Source: Thainema sp.
Lineage (GTDB): Bacteria; Cyanobacteriota; Cyanobacteriia; Phormidesmidales; Phormidesmidaceae
Assembly (NCBI GenBank): GCA_052168235.1
Contig: JBQLZK010000027.1
Span: 1-64,000 of the forward strand
Length of the DNA stretch: 64,000 nucleotides
Direction of reading: 5' to 3'
Positions within the stretch are counted from its first letter, which is position 1, and every line of letters starts with the position of its first letter. Below the pieces are notes generated by a model, which saw only the letters and a list, made by a program, of their open reading frames with translations, made no database searches and was not told the DNA's origin. The translations under genes were made by a program, and so were the position numbers. Shown piece by piece: positions 32,411 through 42,617 of the stretch.

Positions 32411-32600
32411 GGAACGGTCAACTTATTTTTGTAGGTGAACAAACTTTTATGAGCCAGTAAAAACCAGTGAAAAAAGCAGGGGTGAATGAATCACCCCCAC
32501 AAAACACAGGTTTTGAGAGAGCTCTTAACCAATAGGCTGTTCGGAGTATCCGCTTCCGAACAGAAGGATCTGCGATCGCATTTGATCCATGTACGAGTCC

Positions 32601-32648
32601 ATAGATTTGACTCTATGTAGAACCGTTTCTACATGTGCTTAAGTCTAT
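32601..32648 (-). promoter_or_regulatory. NdhR/CcmR-like LysR boxes upstream of psbA fragment-sbtA copy 1
   Basis: ATAG-atttgact-CTAT plus ATGT-N8-CTAT. Confidence 0.65.
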
Positions 32649-32994
32649 CTTAAAAAATCCTGGAATTGAACCCTTTGTAGGGCAAAGTACGAATGGATTG
32701 TTAAATTCCAGATATAAGTAAAACTTGTAAATTTGTAGTTTTGTTATTTTTAGGGCTAATGATCAATTGTGACCAAAGATTTCACTCAATGTTTTGTGCA
32801 GCTAAGTCAGTGGAATGAAATTCATCATTTCGACTAAAAACCTCGCGATGTAAGGCTTTCAGTCTGAAGGATGAAGGCTAGCACTTAAGCGGATCGCTTC
32901 AGTTATGGAAGCCCAATATCTGCCCAATAGCTCAAGAAATACGCTCTTTTATATTTCATTGGATATTTCACCTCGTTCACCTCGTAGATGGCAT

Positions 32995-33190
32995 TAGACT
33001 TTATCGGAAATTGTTTTGTAGCGCGGCGGAGCCGCGCTACAAAACAATTTCCAACCCCAAAAACTTTATTTCTCACATCTTGCACCTTGCAAACCAAAGA
33101 CCCAGAAGGGTGATTTTGCCGCCGCGTCGCGGCGGCAAAATCACCTCTTCGGGTTTGAGTGCAAGATGTGAGTATTTCCAATAAAGTCTA
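32995..33190. mobile_element. MITE family A interrupted by a family B insertion
   Basis: Reverse complement of 10131-10220 with an extra 33072-33172 and duplicated TATTT. Confidence 0.85.
33072..33172. mobile_element. MITE family B, intact copy
   Basis: Perfect 14-bp TIR ctcacatcttgcac/gtgcaagatgtgag, 5-bp TSD TATTT. Confidence 0.85.
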
Positions 33191-33209
33191 TTGATTGGGA
33201 GGATTAGAC

Positions 33210-34080
33210 ATGGCTGTATTAACCCGATGGATATGGGTTCTGGCCTCGTTAATGGGCAGTTTGAGCGTATTGGGTGCGTTAGCATTCGAGAATGGGCGCT
33301 CAAGTCCTCCGTTTCAAACCTTTGCTGCACCGTGTGGGCCGCATCAAGAGCAGATTTCTCCTGATGCGGCCCACACGGTGCAGCAGTTGCTGTCTGTAGC
33401 GGGTACGAGCGACTGTACTGAAGCCGAGGCGTTGCTGAATCAGGAGACAGCTCTCGTGCTAGAACGACTACAGCTCAAAGATATTAGCCCTCTAGCTACG
33501 CTGGATCAACTGCAGTGGCTTTCGCTTAGCGTTAATCAAATTGAAGATGTGTCGCCGCTGCGATCGCTAGCTAACCTGGAGCATTTATTTCTCGATACCA
33601 ACCAAATTTTTAATCTGCGCCCACTGTTACGATTAAGTAATACGATTAAGTAACTTGAAAACTTTATCGCTCTATGATGATGAGATTAGCGATATTACGC
33701 CCTTAGCTCGGCTGTCTAATCTCCAGCAGCTCTCCCTCTTCGACAATCAGATTGAGGATATATCGCCGCTAGCCAGCCTTAACTAGCTCGTCAACCTATC
33801 GCTGTTTGACAATCAAATTCAGGATCTATCACCGCTGAGCGGATTGGAACAGCTCCAGTACCTAGCTTTGGGCCGCTCACAACCGTTGCGCCTCTCCAGC
33901 AGCTGACTCAGCTATCCTGGCTAGACTTATATCAAGCTCCGGTAACGGACGCCGAGAAGCTCTCGACGTTGCCGCAACTGGTGCGATTAGATTTGCGCGG
34001 CACCGAAATCCGCGATCGCACTTGTCCGGTGCAGCCTGCAACAGTTTGTCTGTTTTCTCCGCTCGATTCAACGAATTTAG
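33210..34080 (+). pseudogene. Internalin-like leucine-rich repeat pseudogene
   Basis: Repeats of L..L.L..NQI.D.SPL continue past a 13-bp tandem duplication frameshift (33628-33653) and an in-frame TAG. Confidence 0.8.
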
Positions 34081-34092
34081 AACCCGCAAAAA

Positions 34093-34197
34093 TATAGCGC
34101 TTCTTGCGCTGATAAAGGGGAGGTTATTTTTTGAAAGCCGCGCGGAGCGCGGCTTTCAAAAAATAACTTGCACCTCAGTAGATCAGGAAAGGCCATA
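34093..34197. mobile_element. MITE family D copy 1
   Basis: tatagcgctt...aaaggccata ends, central palindrome; inverted homolog at 43504-43610. Confidence 0.8.
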
Positions 34198-34257
34198 ATA
34201 TAGCTAGAGCTAACGTTCACAAAAGATAATTCGGGCTCTTTCTAGTCGGAGTCGCGA

Positions 34258-34491
34258 TTAATCGACTCCTAACAAAGGAGTTTCAGTGGTTGGAGTTGAG
34301 CGAATCTGGTGCTCAGTAGATGAGGGCGGAAACAGATTGAATAAAGCAATGGCTAAAATTAACCCAAACCCACAGCCCAGCAAGAAACTCCAGCCATGAG
34401 AGGGTTCCAAGGCACACAGCAATCGACGATTGCGCCCATAAACATGCACAATCCAACCTTCATCGACGATGGGCTCTGCTTGTTTTTTCAT
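34258..34491 (-). CDS. Small single-TM protein downstream of flv2
   Basis: 77 aa, AAGGAG SD, VYGRNRRLLCALEPSHGWSF followed by a TM helix. Confidence 0.75.
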   Translation of the reverse strand: MKKQAEPIVDEGWIVHVYGRNRRLLCALEPSHGWSFLLGCGFGLILAIALFNLFPPSSTEHQIRSTPTTETPLLGVD

Positions 34492-34554
34492 GATTCATAC
34501 TCCTTTAGGCGTTAGCGAAAACTATAAGCATCACCGTTAGTAACGACCTCAAAA

Positions 34555-36315
34555 TCAATACTGGCTGCCGGACTTGCGATGTTGAATGGCAGTTACACCT
34601 GAGGGATCAAGCACATTGCCATCGTTGACTGCGGTATAAATCAGCCAGTGATCGCCACACTGCATCCAGTTTTGCACCGTACATTCAAGATAGGCAAGCG
34701 CCTCTTCGATAATCAGACAGCCGTTTTCAGCCTCTCGATGGGCAACGTGAGCAAAGGGCTGATCGCCCGGCTGGGGTTGATAGGAAAAATGCCGCCGGAT
34801 GGTGCGCCCTTCCTTGAGCAGATTGAGCACAAACGTTGCATTCGGATGCAGCAAATGGCTGGCTGCCGAATCAGCTGCGATCGCAATCATCAGTCCAGGT
34901 GGGCTAAATGAAGCTTGGGAAACCCATGAGGTTAGTGTGCCGCTATGGTGATCGCCTTGCCGAGTCGTGATCACACCGATAGAGCCAATGATCCGGCCAA
35001 CCGCTTGTTCCGTTCGGTCAGTGTGAGTTTCAGTCGCAGCTTGACGCGGTAAGCGACGCTTCTTTTGTTTTCTCAACTGCTGGGCAAAGATGGCACCAGC
35101 CTGTTGACACATTGCCAACTTGGCTTGGTCAGGACTAAACTGAACTCGAATTGTGTCAAACCCAAGCCGATAGTTGTTGATCCGCAGCTTGTCCTCAATT
35201 AAATCAATTGCTTCTCCGCTCCAGCCATAGGAGCCAAATACGCCTGCCAGCTTTGTTTGGATCGCTGAGGAGAGCACAATTCCAAGCGCGGTCTGAATTT
35301 GAACGGGCGCATGGCCGCCCAAGGTCGGGGAACCAATGATGAAGCCATCGCTGGCCACCACAGCCTCTGCCAGTTCTTCTGGCTCGGTTAGCTCGCAGTT
35401 CAGGGCATCAACTGCAATACCAGATTGAATTAACCCCTGTGCGATCGCATTCGCTAGAGTGGCTGTATTTCCATAAGCCGAGGTATAGATCAGCGCCACT
35501 CGTAAGGTCTGCTGTGCCTGCTGCTGGCACCACTGGCGATAGTCCTTCTGAAAGCGGCTGAGGCTGTAACGGACAAGGGGGCCATGTCCCGGAGCGAGAC
35601 ATTTCACGGGTAAAGGTGCAATCTGATCTAGTGCCGCTTCGACTTGCTTGGTTTGCGAGGCGTGTAAACAGTCGAAATAGTAGCGGCGATCCACCTCTAA
35701 TCGTCGCCATTCTTCATCAAACACGGCATCGCCACAGACATGTGCCCCGAACAGCTTATCGCTAAAGAGAATTTGGCTGACTGGGTCGTAGGTGCAAAGC
35801 CCATCGGGCCAGCGGGGAGTCGGGACGGGCAGCAACTGGAGCTGGCGGCCCTGTCCCAGATCCAAATAGCCTTGGGGCGGGCAGATGATATATAGCCGAT
35901 CGCTCCAGTCTGGAAAAGCCGCTTTTAGAGCTTGAGCCGCTGGTCGGGAACAGACAATCGCAACTGTCGGTACTCGTTCCACTAAGGCCGCCAATGTCGC
36001 CATCCGGTTGGGGTTGACGTGGCTAACAACCACATAATCAAGCGTTGTTTCTGCTAAATAGGGCTGTAGGGCTTCTAGGTAAATCTGAGTAAATGATTCG
36101 CCCGGTGGATCGATCAGCGCCGTGCGATCGCACCGAATCAGATACGAGTTTGCTGTCGTTCCTTGGCGGCGGTTGTACTCAACTTCAAACTTGAGCCGCT
36201 CCCACGTGCGCGATCGCAAAACAGTGATGTTTGATCCAAGCTCTGCAATCTGCACATCGCGAGGACGAGATTCAGCGAGTGGTAGTTGATTTGGAGGAGA
36301 GTAGCTTTGGGTCAT
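34555..36315 (-). CDS. flv2: Flavodiiron protein, Flv2 type
   Basis: RPRDVQ, non-canonical HVNPNR site, CSRPAA..LKA.FP.W; flavodoxin and flavin-reductase domains. Confidence 0.8.
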   Translation of the reverse strand: MTQSYSPPNQLPLAESRPRDVQIAELGSNITVLRSRTWERLKFEVEYNRRQGTTANSYLIRCDRTALIDPPGESFTQIYLEALQPYLAETTLDYVVVSHVNPNRMATLAALVERVPTVAIVCSRPAAQALKAAFPDWSDRLYIICPPQGYLDLGQGRQLQLLPVPTPRWPDGLCTYDPVSQILFSDKLFGAHVCGDAVFDEEWRRLEVDRRYYFDCLHASQTKQVEAALDQIAPLPVKCLAPGHGPLVRYSLSRFQKDYRQWCQQQAQQTLRVALIYTSAYGNTATLANAIAQGLIQSGIAVDALNCELTEPEELAEAVVASDGFIIGSPTLGGHAPVQIQTALGIVLSSAIQTKLAGVFGSYGWSGEAIDLIEDKLRINNYRLGFDTIRVQFSPDQAKLAMCQQAGAIFAQQLRKQKKRRLPRQAATETHTDRTEQAVGRIIGSIGVITTRQGDHHSGTLTSWVSQASFSPPGLMIAIAADSAASHLLHPNATFVLNLLKEGRTIRRHFSYQPQPGDQPFAHVAHREAENGCLIIEEALAYLECTVQNWMQCGDHWLIYTAVNDGNVLDPSGVTAIQHRKSGSQY

Positions 36316-36470
36316 GATCTGTGACTGTAATTGGGTTTGCTGGGTTGGGTGGGAGGGTAAGAGGTAGGAGGGTGGGAGAGTAGGAGAGTAGGGGCGATAT
36401 AGAACCGAAATGAGATTGGCACGATTGCAGTGAATTGCTCCTACGCCATGATGAACTTGGAGATTTGTAG

Positions 36471-38207
36471 CTAATAATGATTACCAACCTTGCGGTGGTG
36501 GACGGCGGTGAGGCCGTCGCGTTTGGCGACGCGTCCGGTTTGGACAGTGGCGTAGATGACCCAGTGATCGCCGCAGTCGAGCCGACTGGTGATGTGGCAT
36601 TCCATATAGGCTAGGGCCTGAGCGAGAATTGGCGATCCGTTTTGCGCGGCATAGGTGGCAACGCCGTCGAACCGATTGGCTCCGGGTGGAAATCGCTTGA
36701 GGAAATGCTTCATCAGCGGCTGATAGTTGCTTTCTTCCAGCACGTTCAGCACGAAGCTGTCGCCGATGTGCAGCAGGGATTCAATAGCTCGATCTTTGGA
36801 AACTGCGATCGCAACTCCGAGCGGTTCAAAGCTGGCTTGAATCACCCAGGAGGCCAGCATGGCGCTCGACACATCGCCCTTTTTAGCCGTAATCAGATAT
36901 AAGCCGCTGCTGATTCGGCCCAAGGCGCGGTCGAGATTGGAAGCCAGCGATTTGCTTTGCTTAATCGTTTGATCGCGGTTTAGGTACTGCCCTAAATCGA
37001 TTCCGGCTTCATCACAGAGCTGATCGGTGACTTCGTTAGGGACTGACTTAATTAGAATCGGCGGAAAGGCTTCCCGCAAGCCCAACTCCTGAAGCTGTGC
37101 CCGCAGCGGATAGATCGGTTCATCCTGGCCACCCCCTGTTTCAAATAGGCCGAATGTCTGTTTATTCGACACGGTGGCTAGTATAGTTCCCAAACCCGCA
37201 TGGGTAGAGGTTTGTGAGGTTTGGGGCGGCATCCCCATCACAATGCCCGCCGCGCAGTTGACAAGTTCGCGAATTTCGTGCGGATCGGCCACGGATAAAT
37301 CCACCAGTTCAACTGCAATCCCTGTTTTAGCAATGCCGTCCGCTACCGCCCGCACAATGCGATCGCTATAGCCATACTCATCGGTGTAGAACAGCGCCAC
37401 AAAGGTTTCGGCCTGTGCCTGGTTTTGGCTCCAGGTGCGGTAGCGCTCCACCCAGTCAGTGCGATGATGCTGCAAAAGCGGCCCGTGCCCAGTGGCAATC
37501 AAATCTACGGTAAACGGGTCAATCCGCTTCAGCGCCATCAGCACCGAGCGGGCGTTTGGCCCCATCAGGCAGTCATAGTAATACTGAAAGTCCGTCTCTA
37601 GCAGATGCGGCATTTCATCAAACAGACAATCATCGCAGTAGTGCATACCAAACACATCGCAGGTAAATAGCACCTGCGTCCCGGTGTCGTAGGTGAAAAT
37701 TGTGTCTGGCCAGTGCAAATTGGGGGCAGAAACAAACTCTAGCTTGTGCCCATTGCCCAAATCGAGCGACATGCCGCTCTTCACCACTAACGAGGTAAAG
37801 GGCTGATGCACCATGTTTTCTAAAAACTGAATGGCGACTTTCGAGCCAACCACCGTAATTTGGGGAGCTTGTTCTAAAATCTCTCGCACTAACCCGCTGT
37901 GATCCGGCTCCGTGTGATTCACAATCAGGTAATCCAGCTCGGCCAAATTGACTTGTTCGGTCAAACAACTGAGATAGAGATCCTGAAACTTGCGGTGGGA
38001 CGTGTCTACCAGCGCCGTTTTCTCACCGCGAATCAGAAATGAGTTATAGGTCGTGCCATTCTGTAGCTCAAATTCAATATCAAAGCGATCGCGATCCCAA
38101 TCGAGACAGCGAATGGCCAAAGTATCAGATGCGATCGCAGCGGTTTGCAGCGTCAGGCGTCCGGTTGGACGCGGTGATTGAGTGGGGGAATCAACCAGTA
38201 CAACCAT
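36471..38207 (-). CDS. flv4: Flavodiiron protein, Flv4 type
   Basis: IRCLDWDRDRFDIEFEL, canonical NHTEPDHSG, APNLHWPD, HHRKVGNHY; start inferred. Confidence 0.8.
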   Translation of the reverse strand: MVVLVDSPTQSPRPTGRLTLQTAAIASDTLAIRCLDWDRDRFDIEFELQNGTTYNSFLIRGEKTALVDTSHRKFQDLYLSCLTEQVNLAELDYLIVNHTEPDHSGLVREILEQAPQITVVGSKVAIQFLENMVHQPFTSLVVKSGMSLDLGNGHKLEFVSAPNLHWPDTIFTYDTGTQVLFTCDVFGMHYCDDCLFDEMPHLLETDFQYYYDCLMGPNARSVLMALKRIDPFTVDLIATGHGPLLQHHRTDWVERYRTWSQNQAQAETFVALFYTDEYGYSDRIVRAVADGIAKTGIAVELVDLSVADPHEIRELVNCAAGIVMGMPPQTSQTSTHAGLGTILATVSNKQTFGLFETGGGQDEPIYPLRAQLQELGLREAFPPILIKSVPNEVTDQLCDEAGIDLGQYLNRDQTIKQSKSLASNLDRALGRISSGLYLITAKKGDVSSAMLASWVIQASFEPLGVAIAVSKDRAIESLLHIGDSFVLNVLEESNYQPLMKHFLKRFPPGANRFDGVATYAAQNGSPILAQALAYMECHITSRLDCGDHWVIYATVQTGRVAKRDGLTAVHHRKVGNHY

Positions 38208-38384
38208 GAAAACAGCCTCACTAAACAACGGAATCGTTAATTGAATCTGTTTTTATGGTGAACTGCATACCAACCAAAGTAAAATGTCAATTCTGAAATT
38301 GATTTATAAACTATTGATATATTTAGTTGTTTTTTGATTAGTCCAGATTATTCTCAATGGATGGTGTTGAATAATTCACGTAAA

Positions 38385-38477
38385 TATAGCGGTTCTAGAT
38401 AAGAACGAGAGAGGAGAGTACCTCAAGATGAGGTACTCTCCTCTCTCGTTCTCTCACTCTTAAATGGAGTCAGTCTA
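38385..38477. mobile_element. MITE family C copy 2
   Basis: Inverted homolog of 20528-20620; followed by another palindrome at 38478-38522. Confidence 0.75.
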
Positions 38478-38539
38478 AAACCGCAGAAGAGAGTGTCGGT
38501 TGGCTACTCTCTTCTGCGGTTTGGAAATGGTGTATCAGG

Positions 38540-39886
38540 CTATTCGATCCGTGAAGTAGCTGAGCTTTCTTCGGCTGGACGAATCAGCGGAAAAGCAACC
38601 TGTACCCGCTCACCAATTGAATTGGTAATGGGCATTGAGTGAAAGGTCATTGAGGAATCCGCATCATCGAGAATAGACAGATTCAGTTTCTCGATCTCGC
38701 TTTTATCCGATGAGCTGGATGGTTGCGTGAATGAGACTGGAGACTCGGTGGGAGAGCCGTCCATTTCCTGCTGAGCGAGCTGCATCTGCTGCTCAAGCTG
38801 TTCAGTGGACGATACTAAATTGCTAAATCCGTAGATTAAGTCGCGGATGTTATCCCGCAGTTCCGGATCACCCGTTAGTTCGTCCAGATCTGCCGTGATT
38901 TTTTGCATATTCTGGAAAGTGGCGCGAGCCGAATCGAGCGTCTGCTGCAGCATGAGGATTGTCGTGGGATCGCTGAGGGCACTGGTCAGGTCTTCCAGGT
39001 TTTCAGCTGTAGCTGCCGCATTGGCCGTTAGCACTTCTAAGTTCTGCACAAGCTCTCCTTGACTGGTTGCTAGCGGTTCAAATCCCTCTAGCAGAATTCG
39101 GACTTGGGTGCTGGTGGCGCTGATATTGTTCAGCGTGCTAGTTAATGCTGCTTCATTGGCATCCAGTAGCGCATTAGTGCGATTGGCGGTCGTGCTGATT
39201 TCGTCGGCAGCACGGCTCACCGAGTTGGCAACCGTGATGGCCGAGTTAGACAATGGGCCGAGTTCGGCCTGAAACAATTTGACCAGGGTGGTGACTTCTT
39301 CGGTCAGTTGGGCGACTTCTTCGGCGGCGTTGGAGGAGTTGCGGGTGAGATCCTGGATGTTAGCAAACAGTTCTGGATCGGTAAACTGATTAGATAGCGC
39401 AATCGTGGAGCGAATCAGCTCATTGAAGTTGACGCCCGGATCGCCCGGTTGAACATCGCCTGCACAAACCAGCACGTTGCTATTGCAGTCTTCATCCAGC
39501 GGATTATTTAGCGCAATCTCCGTGTCGGTCAGCGATGCCCCCATGCGCGGATAGATGTCGATAGAGGTTTCACCCAGAAAACCAGCCTGATTGGCCTGAA
39601 TGGACACATCATCAGGGATGTGGAGCTGAGGATCTTCGATTTCGATTTGAACTTCCACTCGGTTGGACTGGGGCTGGATGGCGGTTACTTTTCCAACGGG
39701 AACGCCACGATAGCGAACCGGCGCACCTTCTTGCATGCCAACGGTATCTTCAAACAGCACCCAAAACCGATAGCTACGGTCGTTAAAGTCTATTCCTTGA
39801 ATCCACATAATCAGGAATCCAATGAGTCCTAAACCAAATAGGATAAGTAACCCAACCGATCCCTCTCGAATGGTGCGTGCTCGCAT
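38540..39886 (-). CDS. MlaD/MCE family lipid transport protein (Ycf22-like)
   Basis: REGSVGL, GAPVRYRGVPVGKV, GFLGETSIDI.P, coiled-coil C-terminus. Confidence 0.9.
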   Translation of the reverse strand: MRARTIREGSVGLLILFGLGLIGFLIMWIQGIDFNDRSYRFWVLFEDTVGMQEGAPVRYRGVPVGKVTAIQPQSNRVEVQIEIEDPQLHIPDDVSIQANQAGFLGETSIDIYPRMGASLTDTEIALNNPLDEDCNSNVLVCAGDVQPGDPGVNFNELIRSTIALSNQFTDPELFANIQDLTRNSSNAAEEVAQLTEEVTTLVKLFQAELGPLSNSAITVANSVSRAADEISTTANRTNALLDANEAALTSTLNNISATSTQVRILLEGFEPLATSQGELVQNLEVLTANAAATAENLEDLTSALSDPTTILMLQQTLDSARATFQNMQKITADLDELTGDPELRDNIRDLIYGFSNLVSSTEQLEQQMQLAQQEMDGSPTESPVSFTQPSSSSDKSEIEKLNLSILDDADSSMTFHSMPITNSIGERVQVAFPLIRPAEESSATSRIE

Positions 39887-39923
39887 AACCGCTGTTCTCC
39901 ACTGGCGTTCCTAATGCTGATGA

Positions 39924-40022
39924 TATACAGGTTCATGTATAAGAACCCAATCTATTTTTGTGAAATGCTTGCGCCACAAGCATTTCACAAAAAAGAATCA
40001 TGGGTTTTCAACCGGACTAGTA
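39924..40022. mobile_element. MITE family E copy 1
   Basis: tgtataagaaccc...palindrome...atgggttttcaacc; inverted homolog at 63155-63259. Confidence 0.7.
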
Positions 40023-40164
40023 ATAAGCTGGGCTGAAGCCAACGTTGATGATCTTACCCAGGATAGCCTTGTTTCGCGATCGCAAATTTAGATTCCTCTA
40101 TGCTGCTAGTCCAACCAGCATCAATCTTGCAAGACGGTGTTCAAATCGGCCATTTGTGACCACC

Positions 40165-41799
40165 TCAGCTTTGCTCGATTTTGCTTAATTCCGCATCTTG
40201 TCGGTAAAAGTGGCTGATATCGTCAAGTTGGCGAGTTTTAATGTAGTTCGCCTCCAGTTCGGGCTGCAGCGCTGGTCGAACTGTCTCAAATCGGCCTAGA
40301 ACCACCTGCTCAGGCGCATAATCGCTCAAAATGGTTTGCAGTTGAGACGGCGTGAGGCTACCGGACAGAAAGCGCTTCGTCGAAAAGACCGCAATCTCCG
40401 GCGGAATTTTTAGATCGCTATAGAACCCAAAAATCAGGGTGTCGGTAAACAGCCATTCCGTTTGACTATTGTAGGGCTGCATATGTTCCAGCATGGCAAA
40501 CGGAGCCTGAGATTTATCCAGAAAGCGCTGTGTCGTATGGTTGAGCAGCGCTAGCTTGATGGGGAGTCCGACGAGGAGGGAGAGGGCAAGGAGGCTGGCT
40601 GTGGCGATGGTGAGGAGTGAGGAGTGGGGGGTAGATGGGTGGATGGGTGGATGGGTGGATGAGTAGGAGGGTGGATGGGTGGATGAGTGGGAGGGTAGAT
40701 GGGTGGGGGATGAGGGGAGGAAGCGGTGCAGTTGTTGGTGCCAAACGGTGAGTGCTGGCTGCGCACCATAGGCGGCGAGCCAGGTGAGGGGAAGTGAAAT
40801 CAGCAGGTAGTAGTGATACCAGATGGGGCGGTGCCAGGCGAGTACCGTTAAGCTGGCTAGCAGCCAGAGGAGGGGAATGCTGAGTCCTGATCGGAGGGTG
40901 TTGAGAAAGTGCGATCGCACGTTGCCAGCCCATAATCCCCATAGGCCCAAGCCTGCCAAAATCCAGTAGTCTGGGTCTTTCACCAAAAAGTTGAGGTAGC
41001 CGCCCCAGCTATTTTGCCACTCGACGGCGGCGCGGATGTTGGTGTCAAAGTGGCTGAGGGTGGACTGTTCAAGGCTTTGGGAAGGAAGGAGAAAAAGTGC
41101 GATCGCGGTTGCGATGCCGAAACCGAGTGACCAAACTGCGCCGCGTTGGAGCGCTGGCTGAAGTTTCCCGGTAGCGGCCCTGTCGCTGGTTGGTAGAAGC
41201 AGTAGCCCCAGCAGCAGCACGGGCAGCAGAAACAGCGTGTAGGCTTTGATTTGCACCGACAGCGCTAGCCAGATGCCGGAGAGCAAGAGCCAGCCAATTT
41301 GAGCCGTGCGCTGGTAAACCAGCAGGGTATACATTGCCAGCACGGCCAGAGACAGCGAGGGAATTCCCATCATCACTGCCGCACTAAACTGCACAAAATG
41401 GCTCGATATCACAAGCAATACGACGCCAATCAGCGCCGCAGGCGCACCGACGGTGAGCCACATGCAGTGCCCCAGTGCCCAGACCAGAACCGTGGCAAAG
41501 CCGAGCGTTAATAACCGTGCAGCCAAGACAGAATGTCCAAACAGCTGTAGCCACGCTGCCCACAGCACCGTCGGCAGCGGTGGCTGGTCGCTCCAAATTT
41601 CGCTGTAGAGCTGAAAGCCGCGCAGATACAAATCCGCCTTGGTCAGCTCAATCCCCTCATCCGGATCAAACTGAAACACATCTGCGATCGCAGTCCAGCG
41701 ATAGGCCAGCACCACAAACGCCAGCGGCACAATCAGGTTAAACACCCAACCCCAATACCGCCCCTGTCGCTCCCACTCATCCACCCATCCACCCCCCAC
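40165..41799 (-). CDS. ArnT/PMT-like (GT-C fold) membrane glycosyltransferase
   Basis: DPDEG, WSDQPPL, AARLL motifs, many TM helices; start uncertain because a repeat overlaps it. Confidence 0.75.
   Translation of the reverse strand: MGGGWVDEWERQGRYWGWVFNLIVPLAFVVLAYRWTAIADVFQFDPDEGIELTKADLYLRGFQLYSEIWSDQPPLPTVLWAAWLQLFGHSVLAARLLTLGFATVLVWALGHCMWLTVGAPAALIGVVLLVISSHFVQFSAAVMMGIPSLSLAVLAMYTLLVYQRTAQIGWLLLSGIWLALSVQIKAYTLFLLPVLLLGLLLLPTSDRAATGKLQPALQRGAVWSLGFGIATAIALFLLPSQSLEQSTLSHFDTNIRAAVEWQNSWGGYLNFLVKDPDYWILAGLGLWGLWAGNVRSHFLNTLRSGLSIPLLWLLASLTVLAWHRPIWYHYYLLISLPLTWLAAYGAQPALTVWHQQLHRFLPSSPTHLPSHSSTHPPSYSSTHPPIHPSTPHSSLLTIATASLLALSLLVGLPIKLALLNHTTQRFLDKSQAPFAMLEHMQPYNSQTEWLFTDTLIFGFYSDLKIPPEIAVFSTKRFLSGSLTPSQLQTILSDYAPEQVVLGRFETVRPALQPELEANYIKTRQLDDISHFYRQDAELSKIEQS
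40605..40720. repeat. Short tandem repeat tract (GGGTGGAT/GTGAGGA) in frame inside a CDS
   Basis: Repeated gatgggtg units encoding THPP/SSTH low-complexity sequence. Confidence 0.85.
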
Positions 41800-41839
41800 T
41801 CCTCACTCTTCACTCCTCTCGCCTCTCGCCTCACTTTCC

Positions 41840-42532
41840 TCACTCCCCCACCGTCACACCTGCCCGCAGCAGCATCACCTGACGGCTATCGACAATCATG
41901 GCGGCAAAGTTGCGATCGCTGAGAATTTTGAGCAGGGCGCTGGCGGATTGAATATCGGGCGTATAGAGGGCGAGTAAGTAGGGATCTTGCCGATAAGCGG
42001 CTACGCCAACTTCACGGGAGATGGCTTGCTGTACGTCTAGAGCCACTTCAGGTCGATTTTCGTAGTCCACTAGGACGGCATAGCCGACGCCGAGCGGTCG
42101 CGGCTGATAGGTGCTGGGGTTCGTGGCAGGCAGAACAGCCGTAGGTGGACGGGCAACGAAGGTTTGAATGTCGTTGACCTCACCACCCAAGTACTGGGCC
42201 CAAGCACTGGCGGTTTCCAGATTGGTAAAACCACCAATGCGGACGACTGGATCGCCAAAGTAATCACAAACTGCGATGGTTGTGCCGTCAGGTACAAGGG
42301 TTTGCACCTGCTGCCGCTGCTCTGGCGTTTCGCCAATTACCAGCAGTAGATATTCATTGGTATTGGGCGGCTGGCAGGGCGGAAATTCTTGGGCTTGAGC
42401 CGAGTAGCCAAGGCAGACTGTGCCAACCAGACTCAGTCCACCTAGCAGGAAGCGCAGTCCCCGATGCCGCACATACCGCCGCACAGATCGACGAGATGGC
42501 GTGATTTGACTCTGACTCTGCCGCTGTTCCAT
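41840..42532 (-). CDS. Hypothetical exported protein
   Basis: Signal-like segment, PPCQPP..NEYLLLV, YQPRPLG.GYAVLVDY; start inferred. Confidence 0.75.
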   Translation of the reverse strand: MEQRQSQSQITPSRRSVRRYVRHRGLRFLLGGLSLVGTVCLGYSAQAQEFPPCQPPNTNEYLLLVIGETPEQRQQVQTLVPDGTTIAVCDYFGDPVVRIGGFTNLETASAWAQYLGGEVNDIQTFVARPPTAVLPATNPSTYQPRPLGVGYAVLVDYENRPEVALDVQQAISREVGVAAYRQDPYLLALYTPDIQSASALLKILSDRNFAAMIVDSRQVMLLRAGVTVGE

Positions 42533-42617
42533 TCGATTCGCCCTCACAGAAACACCGAACATTTTGCCACGAGTCTTGCCGAAGTGGCCAAAACGATGAA
42601 GTTCTTTAAGGCTTGAA

